A stretch of 64,000 nucleotides of DNA from Patescibacteria group bacterium (GTDB taxonomy: Bacteria > Patescibacteriota > Minisyncoccia > Phycocordibacterales > JAKFXT01), in assembly GCA_038063555.1 (NCBI GenBank), contig JBBTUX010000010.1, forward strand, positions 22,936-86,935. The letters run 5' to 3'. Below the pieces are notes generated by a model. That model did no database searches. It saw only the letters and a list, made by a program, of their open reading frames with translations, and was not told the DNA's origin. Positions within the stretch are counted from its first letter, which is position 1; every line of letters begins with the position of its first letter. Of this stretch, positions 7,706 through 15,331 are shown piece by piece. Position numbers and translations under genes: made by a program.

Positions 7706-8133
7706 AAAAAGGCCATCGAACAATTGTGACTGCGTCAAAGAACATGGCTTCTAATATTGAAGTGAGAAGAAGCCGAAAACTTAATGCAGTCGCATCTGTG
7801 GCGAATGGCCTTGTTTGCGCCCTTACAGGATATTCCCAGGTACTTGCCTAATTCGTTTAATCAATTACCCAAATTCCAATGAGATTCGGTGTAAAAAATC
7901 CTAAACTTTAAGATTCTCTATACCGAATCCCTTATATATTTGTGAGATAATGCGATATTTATAACGATTATTCTGGCCCAGAAAGTCCTCAGGCAGATCT
8001 TTTAAACGAGCGTTTAAAAGACAAGAGGAAGGAGAAGGCAAATTATCAGTGTGCCTTCATAAAAAATTGTACAAAGAACTTATTGCTTTTTACTGCTCTA
8101 GGACAATTATATTCTTTATAAAAGACATGTAAA
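7706..8133 (-). other. Promoter-to-terminator unit lacking an intact ORF (decayed gene or ncRNA)
   Basis: Minus-strand TTTACA-16-TATAAT at 8133-8106; long hairpin 7710-7812 followed by T tract; only a stop-interrupted frame inside. Confidence 0.4.
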
Positions 8134-8199
8134 GGACAAAGATGTGGATAATAAATTTATATCTTAAATACCTATACCCAACAAAATAGGGCAGTGGTC

Positions 8200-8967
8200 C
8201 TAAACATTGATTTCCATCAATATCGGACAATGGTCGGAACCATAAATCTCGTCTAATATAGCCACTTTTTTTACTTTTTTGACTAAATTATTGCCAATGA
8301 AAAAATAGTCAAGACGCCAACCGACATTTCTTTCTCGAGAAGCTGTTTTCACATCCCACCAAGTGTATTGAACTTTGTTGGGGTGCAGGTGGCGCCAAAT
8401 ATCTACATAGCCAGAGTATTCTAATTCATCTATCCAAGCTCTTTCTTCGGGAAGAAAGCCAATTTCACCTTCATTTTCTTTTGGGCGCGCCAAATCAATT
8501 GGCTCGTGCGCCACATTTACATCCCCGCAGAAAATTATTGAGTGTCCGCCTTTTCGTAAATTTTCAATATGTTCCAAAAACTGATCGTAGAAAGTTAATT
8601 TGTATTTGAGGCGATGAGGTTCACCTCCACCATTTGGAAAATAACAACCAATGACCACCAATTTGTTTGAATAATGCGCTTCAATATAGCGTCCCTCTTC
8701 ATCTTTTATTTTCTTAACATCATAAACCACCATTTCCGGTTTCACTTTACTATACAAGGCAACACCGGAATAACCATTTCTGCTTGTCGCAGAGTTAAAA
8801 TAGGCATAATAATTTTCCGGTTTTTGTAATTCTTCTGGAAGTTGCTCGGGGTGGGCCTTGGTTTCGTTTATAAAAAATATGTCTGGGTTCATTTTCCAAA
8901 TAGGGGAAAGTGCATCTTTTCTGTGTACGGCACGCAGACCATTAACGTTCCAAGAAATAATCCTCAT
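8200..8967 (-). CDS. xth: Exodeoxyribonuclease III
   Basis: MRIISWNVNGLRA, GYSGVA, YFPNG, GDVNVAH, GWRLDYF, GSDHCP; ATG at 8967. Confidence 0.95.
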   Translation of the reverse strand: MRIISWNVNGLRAVHRKDALSPIWKMNPDIFFINETKAHPEQLPEELQKPENYYAYFNSATSRNGYSGVALYSKVKPEMVVYDVKKIKDEEGRYIEAHYSNKLVVIGCYFPNGGGEPHRLKYKLTFYDQFLEHIENLRKGGHSIIFCGDVNVAHEPIDLARPKENEGEIGFLPEERAWIDELEYSGYVDIWRHLHPNKVQYTWWDVKTASRERNVGWRLDYFFIGNNLVKKVKKVAILDEIYGSDHCPILMEINV

Positions 8968-9046
8968 ATTAAATTGGTTAATATTAACACATGAGGATAT
9001 GATTAATGTTAGTAGGTCATTCAACTCAACTTCGGGGAGAGTGTCC

Positions 9047-9439
9047 ATGAACATCGACATGACAGTCCGCATGAGGAAATCGCACGACGGAACACCTCTT
9101 CCTGTGTGGTTGACCGAGGGAGATGAAGTCTTCGTCAGCACGTGCAGGTTACTCAGAGGTGTTTGGGACGATGGCTACATTAAGGATCTAGAAGAATGGG
9201 GATTAAGTGTTTTACCCCATCAAAAAATCGCAATGGGCCCTCTTAACGAACACAGGTTCGCTCTCGCGATTCTGCCTATGACAGAGATCATCGAAGAGGC
9301 GAACCGTAAAAATCCGAAGAGGAATCCGGCAAGATTTTGGGTATACATAGTAAGAAACTATCTGACAGGATCGTACATCTATCGAGTGCTTGATCCCCAA
9401 GAGAGGAGAGCCTGTCTGATAAAAAGCATGCTAAACTGA
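9047..9439 (+). CDS. Orphan hypothetical protein (self-contained cassette)
   Basis: GGGGAG SD upstream of ATG 9047; own terminator at 9449-9484. Confidence 0.6.
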   Translation: MNIDMTVRMRKSHDGTPLPVWLTEGDEVFVSTCRLLRGVWDDGYIKDLEEWGLSVLPHQKIAMGPLNEHRFALAILPMTEIIEEANRKNPKRNPARFWVYIVRNYLTGSYIYRVLDPQERRACLIKSMLN

Positions 9440-9448
9440 TCGTCAGTG

Positions 9449-9484
9449 ATCGGCGCGACTTGGGACGCGCCGATTTATTTTTTA
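9449..9484 (+). terminator. Intrinsic terminator
   Basis: ATCGGCGCG..CGCGCCGAT + T tract. Confidence 0.7.
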
Positions 9485-10267
9485 TTATCTTTTCGGAATT
9501 TCGGCCAATTTGAACAGACACAAAATTTCTATAAAGGTTCCCGCCAAATCAAATTCAAACCATTTGTGGGAAAACTTAAATCTGTCTTGATAAGCATGAT
9601 GATTATTATGAAACTCTTCGCCAACCGCCAAACCAAAAGTTGGCACGTTTCTGGAGTCCCCAATTCTTTGAAATATTTTCCCTTCGGGACTCATTTCTCC
9701 TTCTTTGTATCTTTGTGTTCCCCAAACATGAGCCACACCGTTTATGAATCCCGCGGCAATTACCGGAATAACGAGCATTTGCAAAGGCCAAATAATTATG
9801 GCGGGAAGCCCAAAAAGAAATGTCTCAATAACAAAAGTGAGTCCAATTCCCAAATATCTTTTGTTATATAAATTATTTTCCAACCAATCATCTGGTGTCC
9901 CTTTGCCATATTCATCCAAAAGCGGTTTATTATCTCTTCCAACTTTGGTGTAAATATCTGCTCCTTCAAAAAATACTTTTTTAAGTCCCAAAAGGCGCGG
10001 AGAGTGCGGGTCCCCCTCAATGTCAGTAAAAGCATGGTGTTTTCGGTGAATTGCTACCCACTCTTTGGTAATCATTCCTGTAAAAACCCAAAGTATAAAA
10101 CGAAAAATATGATTTATAGGAGCGGCCAAAGTAACAGAACGATGAGTTTGCGAACGATGAAGAAAACAAGAAACTCCGAGTAGTGTCAGTAGGGAAGTAG
10201 CGATAAAAAATAATATTAAAAATATGGGAGTTGGATTTAAATATCCGTGTAATAGATATTGAATCAT
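9485..10267 (-). CDS. Membrane fatty-acid (delta-9 acyl-CoA type) desaturase
   Basis: His boxes HRSQTH, HRKHH, GEEFHNNHH; DPHSP; TM segments. Confidence 0.92.
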   Translation of the reverse strand: MIQYLLHGYLNPTPIFLILFFIATSLLTLLGVSCFLHRSQTHRSVTLAAPINHIFRFILWVFTGMITKEWVAIHRKHHAFTDIEGDPHSPRLLGLKKVFFEGADIYTKVGRDNKPLLDEYGKGTPDDWLENNLYNKRYLGIGLTFVIETFLFGLPAIIIWPLQMLVIPVIAAGFINGVAHVWGTQRYKEGEMSPEGKIFQRIGDSRNVPTFGLAVGEEFHNNHHAYQDRFKFSHKWFEFDLAGTFIEILCLFKLAEIPKR

Positions 10268-10285
10268 ATATTTATATTATCATTT

Positions 10286-11056
10286 TTATTTAGCTATATT
10301 CCAAAGCATGTCGAAAAACTTTTTATAATTGTCCGCCACTATTTTTGATTTTATAACATAAACCAATGGGGGAGAGGCGAAGCTGTATATAGTTACGGTA
10401 TCAAAACGGACAACTGTATTCACAATAGTTTTCGGTAAGGTATTAAGTATCTTGTATTCAAAGTGTGGGTTCGCTTCTTTAGCAAGCTTAAGCCAATCTT
10501 CTTCTTCAGGACAACCAACGTATCTTGAGTGTAATTTCTGATCTTTGGCCAACCCGCTAAAATCTTTATATTGATCACCAAAAAACTTAATAAAGTGGTC
10601 GCTGGCACCTCCAATAATATATTGCTCGCTGTTTGATTTTAGTGTATTAACAACTTTTTCTTCAAAATCAAAAACTTGCCTTTCCCCCATATAAATTTCA
10701 AAATCTTGTTCCGCGCCAACATTTGAAATTAGTTTCAATTCTTTTTCTATTTCTTCTGCTTCATCAAGTTTTTTTCGCGCTAGTTTTGTTACCTGCAAAG
10801 GAGGGAGGGCTCTATACTTAAATCGTAATTTATCTCTAATTGACTCAATGAGTTTAAATTTTTCTAATTTCTTTAAAGAATTATAAACATACTGTCTGTG
10901 AAGACCTGTTGCTATAGATAATTTAGAACCGCTCATACTGTTACCTCTCTCCAAAAGATAAAGGTAGATCGTAGAGTCATTTGTGGTTAGTCCTACACTC
11001 TCAAGCATTACAGAAAGCTTTTTATTAATTAAATTATCTTCTTTTTTATTTGTCAT
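10286..11056 (-). CDS. TrmB-family transcriptional regulator
   Basis: LESVGLTTNDSTIYLYLL..LSIATGLHRQYVYNSLKKL wHTH plus C-terminal effector domain. Confidence 0.8.
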   Translation of the reverse strand: MTNKKEDNLINKKLSVMLESVGLTTNDSTIYLYLLERGNSMSGSKLSIATGLHRQYVYNSLKKLEKFKLIESIRDKLRFKYRALPPLQVTKLARKKLDEAEEIEKELKLISNVGAEQDFEIYMGERQVFDFEEKVVNTLKSNSEQYIIGGASDHFIKFFGDQYKDFSGLAKDQKLHSRYVGCPEEEDWLKLAKEANPHFEYKILNTLPKTIVNTVVRFDTVTIYSFASPPLVYVIKSKIVADNYKKFFDMLWNIAK

Positions 11057-11204
11057 AGTTATATATTACATACTATCATAATATCTATATTTTACAATGA
11101 TTTTTATCATTTATTTTTGACATAATCTATATTGACAAATATGTATAAAAATGTAATAATGTTTATTAGAAGCAGATCTTTAACCAAAAGCAAAGGAGAT
11201 TTCA

Positions 11205-11639
11205 GTGGAGCATAAACGTTTTCTGGAAATAGTCATGTTGTTCTGGAAAGAAGTTCTAAGAAAATTTCCTAACAAAAAAGTCATATGCTTGCCCAATAAC
11301 AGGTGGAAGAGAGTAAGGAATGAAATCTTCCTTTCTTTGCTTCCTCTCTCTCCGAATGGGGAAATCACCCATACCACAGAAAAAGAGAGAGTCATCCGGG
11401 AAGGTTGGCTACCTTTCATCGAGCAAGTCGACAATCTTGACATTGTCGCTTTTGTTCCTGAAATAAAAACCTTCCTTCGCACAGGAAAGATTCCACCGAG
11501 GATGTATGGTTCCAACTACGGGCTAAGACTTTCAATCTCCTACTATGATCGGTGTTTGGAGAAATTGGATTTAAAAAGAAAAAAAATCTCCGAAAATATG
11601 AAGAGACAAGTAAGGAGAGATAGATGGAAGTCTCGGTAG
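11205..11639 (+). CDS. Orphan hypothetical protein (self-contained cassette)
   Basis: TTGACA at 11132, AAGGAG SD, GTG start, terminator 11652-11680. Confidence 0.6.
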   Translation: MEHKRFLEIVMLFWKEVLRKFPNKKVICLPNNRWKRVRNEIFLSLLPLSPNGEITHTTEKERVIREGWLPFIEQVDNLDIVAFVPEIKTFLRTGKIPPRMYGSNYGLRLSISYYDRCLEKLDLKRKKISENMKRQVRRDRWKSR

Positions 11640-11651
11640 AGCATAAACGGC

Positions 11652-11720
11652 AAGGGCAACTTCGGTTGCCCTTTTTCTTTTCACAACATTCTAACGTTCT
11701 ATAGAATGTTGGAATGTTGT
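11652..11720. terminator. Terminator (AAGGGCAAC-TTCG-GTTGCCCTT) followed by palindrome 11683-11720
   Basis: UUCG hairpin + T tract; ACAACATTCTAACGTTCT..AGAATGTTGGAATGTTGT. Confidence 0.7.
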
Positions 11721-12644
11721 TTATTTCTTTTTACCGTGGAACCTTTTATGTATTTCTTTCAAATGCGCATCCGTAACATGAGTATATATTTGGGTGGTGC
11801 CAATGTTAGCGTGGCCTAAAAGGGCTTGCACCGAGCGTAAATCAGCCCCATTACTCAAAAGGTCTGTCGCAAAAGCGTGACGAATGGTATGGGGCGTAAC
11901 AACAGAAGAGATGCCGGCACGGGCAACATAGGATTTTAAATGCCTTTGCACATCTCGAGGAATAATGCGATGAAGTTTGTTTTCCCTGCCATCAACAAAA
12001 AGAGCTTCCTCCATATCTTTTCTTTCTTTTAAATATTGCCACGCCGCTTCTTTGGCAGAAGGGGAGAGAAAAACCACTCGGACTTTTTCTCCTTTACCCC
12101 GCACAGAAATTTCATCGCGAGAAAGATCAATATCATTGTTAAGCGCACAGAGCTCGGAAACACGAAGACCGGTTGAAAATAAAAGTTCAAGTATAGCCCC
12201 ATCTCGCAAAAACATTCTTTTTTTGTGAGGATTTTTTTCTTTCTCATATGCTTCCTTAGGAGCTTTGAGCAGACGCAGAAGCTCCGCGGGAGTTACCAAA
12301 TCAAGGTGGCGTTCAGGAAGTTTGGGCAATTCTATTTTTTCCGGAGAAACGGATTCTATGTCGCGCTTCCTTAAAAATTTTAGAAAAGCGCGAATGGCAA
12401 TAATGTAATAATTTTGCGTGCGACGCTTCATTGAATCTTTCCCCGTGCCGCTTTGCCTATTTAACCAAAGACGAAAATCGCGAATATTTTGCTCGCTAAT
12501 ATCACTGGCCTTTTTTATTTCCATTTGACCAAAATAGCGGGTCAAATATCTGTCGTAATTTTCAATTGTCTTAACGGCACGCCCCCTTTCTATTTCAATA
12601 TATTCCAAAAATTGTCTTTTTAGATTTTCAATTTCTGTTGCCAT
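11721..12644 (-). CDS. Tyrosine recombinase XerC/XerD family
   Basis: LFSTGLRVSEL, GKGEKVR, TPHTIRHAFATDLL, LLGHANIGTTQIYTHV. Confidence 0.93.
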   Translation of the reverse strand: MATEIENLKRQFLEYIEIERGRAVKTIENYDRYLTRYFGQMEIKKASDISEQNIRDFRLWLNRQSGTGKDSMKRRTQNYYIIAIRAFLKFLRKRDIESVSPEKIELPKLPERHLDLVTPAELLRLLKAPKEAYEKEKNPHKKRMFLRDGAILELLFSTGLRVSELCALNNDIDLSRDEISVRGKGEKVRVVFLSPSAKEAAWQYLKERKDMEEALFVDGRENKLHRIIPRDVQRHLKSYVARAGISSVVTPHTIRHAFATDLLSNGADLRSVQALLGHANIGTTQIYTHVTDAHLKEIHKRFHGKKK

Positions 12645-12669
12645 ATAATTTCTAATAATAAATATTTAT

Positions 12670-13203
12670 TTAGCTCAATATCGAATTAATCATTTTTTGA
12701 ATCATAGGATGAAAGTGGTTTTTGTATTTTTCTTGAACACGAAAAATCTTCCAATCATTCTCTGTCAAAATACGTCGGCAATCTGGGGCCCCACAAGAAC
12801 AGCTGTCTTTGCTATCAGTGTAGCTACTGTCTTCAAAATTCCATGTCCCTTGATCTAAAGTTATTTCCTCATCATTTTCAATATCTTTTTTCGCAACCAA
12901 AGTTACCTCATCTTTAAGCCAGGTATTGGCATCACAGGAATGATTTAAGTTTTCATCCAAACTTTCTTCAGTGTCACTATTTGGTAGAGCCAGATACTTA
13001 TTCTCATTAACTATCCAAATTGAACGGCTTCTATAATTTCCCGACAAGGATTGTTCTTTCGAAATCAATTCGCCTCCAAATTCCATTATTTTTTCTCCTT
13101 TAATTATTCTATCCTTAGCCAAAAGGCCGTCGCCATGTATATCCGATTTGCCAGATTTGAGTTTGGGGCTAACCCAAGTACGACTTAAATAGGATTTTTG
13201 CAT
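12670..13203 (-). CDS. SET-domain protein with post-SET cysteines
   Basis: SDIHGDGL, LNHSCDAN, EEITLD, CSCGAPDCR; ATG at 13203. Confidence 0.88.
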   Translation of the reverse strand: MQKSYLSRTWVSPKLKSGKSDIHGDGLLAKDRIIKGEKIMEFGGELISKEQSLSGNYRSRSIWIVNENKYLALPNSDTEESLDENLNHSCDANTWLKDEVTLVAKKDIENDEEITLDQGTWNFEDSSYTDSKDSCSCGAPDCRRILTENDWKIFRVQEKYKNHFHPMIQKMINSILS

Positions 13204-13277
13204 ATATTTGCAGTGTCGCACAATATTATACCTCCTATGTTGTAGACTTGACAAAATTCGTATATATGATACCATCT

Positions 13278-13476
13278 GAAAGTCAATCGGCGATTCGCGG
13301 CTCGAAAGACATGACCGTTACAGCGACTTTCTCAAAGGGCCGTTTCCCAGACCCGAGAGGATGCAAACCTAGAAAGCACTGATAGGGATAGGCCCCCGCA
13401 ACGTCGCGCGGGAAGCTGAAAGAAGGCAGCCGGAGGACACTCCCATGATGGAGAAACGGTCCCGGCTTTTTGTTTT
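13278..13476 (+). ncRNA. Candidate structured ncRNA (~190 nt)
   Basis: TTGACA(13248)-16-TACCAT promoter, GC-rich multi-stem sequence, terminal AGCCGG..CCGGCT-TTTT; longest ORF seen is 23 codons. Confidence 0.5.
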
Positions 13477-13524
13477 CAAAAAAACCCTTGTAAAAATAAG
13501 GGAAATGTGCTAGTGTATAGGGTA

Positions 13525-13791
13525 ATGCTTACCAAGCGAAAGAAGGAAAAAGCTGTTAAATTCGTGCAAAAGCACGATAAGGACACGGGGTCGCCCGAAG
13601 TCCAGATTTCCATATTAAGTAAGAGAATTGATGAATTGGCGGGTCATTTGAAGAAAAACCCTAAAGACAAGCATTCCCGCCGAGGACTTTTGCAAATGGT
13701 GGCGGATAGACGCACCCATATGGCATATTTAAAGAAGAAGAGCGAAAAACGCTACGCTTCTGTCGTCAAAAAACTAGAACTTAGTAAGTAA
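13525..13791 (+). CDS. rpsO: 30S ribosomal protein S15
   Basis: DTGSPEVQISIL..HLKKNPKDKHSRRGLLQMVADRR. Confidence 0.97.
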   Translation: MLTKRKKEKAVKFVQKHDKDTGSPEVQISILSKRIDELAGHLKKNPKDKHSRRGLLQMVADRRTHMAYLKKKSEKRYASVVKKLELSK

Positions 13792-13796
13792 GCATT

Positions 13797-13900
13797 TTCT
13801 GCAAAATTGTGCCTACAATTTTGCAGAATGAGTTATGAGCCAGGTGAGTTAGGAGTTATGAATTTAAAAATCGTAACTCATATCTCTTAACTCTTACCTC
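13797..13900. repeat. Hairpin + gene-less inverted GAGTTAN heptamer arrays
   Basis: 14-bp stem 13797-13828; GAGTTAT..GAGTTAG GAGTTAT / GTAACTC ATATCTC TTAACTC TTACCTC. Confidence 0.75.
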
Positions 13901-13975
13901 GAAGGGGCCACTAGAAACGACAGACTTCGAAATATTTTATAAGTTTATTTTCGCGCTAAGTCGCGAACAAATTTT

Positions 13976-14587
13976 ATGAGTGTAATAAAACATAAGGAAC
14001 AGCGCGTTGGCATGTTTATTGATGCGCAAAATCTTTATCATAGCGCCAAAAATCTTTATCACGGTAAAGTAAATTTTGGACAAGTAGTGAAAGACGCTGT
14101 TTTTGGCCGTGAACTTATTCGCGTTATCGCTTATGTCATAACAACAGAAGCGGGAGATGAAACGGGTTTTTTTGAGGCCCTGACAAAAATGGGTATTGAG
14201 ATAAAAACAAAGGACCTGCAGATCTTTTGGGGCGGAGCCAAAAAAGCCGATTGGGATGTCGGGCTTGCGGTTGATGCAATTCGCATGGCACCCAAACTAG
14301 ACACAATTATTCTTGCAACGGGAGATGGCGATTTTGTCCCGCTAGTAGAATTCATGCGAAATAGTTTTGGTTGCCAAGTTGAAGTTGTTTCTTTTGGTAA
14401 ATCAACCTCAAGCGCTCTGAAAGAAGCGGCTGACGATTTCTTTGACCTCTGCGAGAACCCTAAAAAATATCTTTTAGGCGGTGGAGGGGGCGTAAGTAGA
14501 CGACCAAGAAAAGGATATCGCTCACCAGAAGAAATTCTTTCAGATGAAAAAGTAGAAGAACAAGAATTGGGGGAGAAAGATGAGTAA
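13976..14587 (+). CDS. NYN domain (LabA/DUF88) protein
   Basis: FIDAQNLY, KADWDVGLAVD, GDGDFVPL, AADDFFDL. Confidence 0.92.
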   Translation: MSVIKHKEQRVGMFIDAQNLYHSAKNLYHGKVNFGQVVKDAVFGRELIRVIAYVITTEAGDETGFFEALTKMGIEIKTKDLQIFWGGAKKADWDVGLAVDAIRMAPKLDTIILATGDGDFVPLVEFMRNSFGCQVEVVSFGKSTSSALKEAADDFFDLCENPKKYLLGGGGGVSRRPRKGYRSPEEILSDEKVEEQELGEKDE

Positions 14588-14620
14588 AGCGAGCTTAAAG
14601 TTTTATAGCTTCTAGGTTTT

Positions 14621-14650
14621 TCCGCCAAAGGCGGATCCGCCTCAGGCGGA
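14621..14650. repeat. 30-bp double-hairpin REP-like element (intergenic copy)
   Basis: TCCGCC-AAA-GGCGGA TCCGCC-TCA-GGCGGA. Confidence 0.85.
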
Positions 14651-14691
14651 AGCTTTAATACAAATACAAAAAATTCAGAGAGTTGCAAAAC

Positions 14692-14712
14692 CCCTCCGCC
14701 TTAGGCGGAGGG
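14692..14712. repeat. Palindrome/terminator, directly repeated at 15157-15177
   Basis: CCCTCCGCCTTAGGCGGAGGG identical in both places, each followed by a T-rich tail. Confidence 0.85.
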
Positions 14713-14795
14713 GTTTTGTTTTTTGACATATTCAAAAATAAGAGTAAGTTTTAAAAAGCTGATCGTACAAACCTTTCATTTTTTGTGAGGTAAAC

Positions 14796-15134
14796 ATGTC
14801 CTGGTACAAAAATCTTTCGCCGGTTGAACAAGAATTTTTTCGAATGCAAGAAGAAAAAAAAGAAGAGGAGGCATTATTCACAGCTGACTCCGAACTGACA
14901 GACGAGAAAAAGTCTCCTTTCTGCTTATGCGGAGAAAAACCACAAGCTGGCTATTACATCAGACAGAATGACGAGGGAGAAACTGGTGAACACAAGCGGT
15001 GGCGTTGCGCTTGTACAAATACCGAGTGTCCAATTCTCATGTGGGAGGGTTGGCACAACACCAAGGGTGAAGCGTTATCCGATTGGGCAAAGTTCATAAA
15101 AAACGAAAAAAATAAAAAACCCAAAAAGAAATAA
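14796..15134 (+). CDS. Orphan Cys-containing (possible zinc-ribbon) protein
   Basis: FCLCG..WRCACTNTECP; TTGACA at 14723, GAGG SD. Confidence 0.6.
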   Translation: MSWYKNLSPVEQEFFRMQEEKKEEEALFTADSELTDEKKSPFCLCGEKPQAGYYIRQNDEGETGEHKRWRCACTNTECPILMWEGWHNTKGEALSDWAKFIKNEKNKKPKKK

Positions 15135-15211
15135 TTCCGTCCGAACGACTCTTCAGCCCTCCGCCTTAGGCGGAGGGCTTTGCTTTTTCACTTGAAATTA
15201 ATTAGAGTGGA

Positions 15212-15251
15212 TTCACCCCATTAGATAACTCGAATTGTCTAATGGGGTGAA
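15212..15251. repeat. ACCCCATTAGAT..TCTAA(T/AC)GGGGT palindrome family (second copy 18967-19000)
   Basis: Two intergenic hairpins share the arm ACCCCATTAGAT. Confidence 0.7.
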
Positions 15252-15331
15252 TTATAAGTTAGCGAAGCTTTTAGATAGGCAGATCTGAAGAAAAATCTTC
15301 AGCGCTGAAATCTAAAAGTTTCTTTAGAAAA

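Noticed and set aside
7975-7996. RNase P RNA suggested by CAGAAAGTCC
   Set aside because: Lacks GAGGAAAGTCC context and the complementary 3' P4 strand.
11721-12644. Prophage or island integrase
   Set aside because: Size and motifs fit housekeeping XerC/D; no phage genes or bounding att repeats nearby. A role at the hairpin sites cannot be shown.
13360-13432. c-di-GMP riboswitch or SRP RNA
   Set aside because: GCAAACC and GAAA-loop fragments are present, but the remaining consensus and pairing do not fit.
14131-14688. 185-aa antisense ORF and many similar shadow ORFs
   Set aside because: Antisense to well-supported genes and without recognisable motifs.
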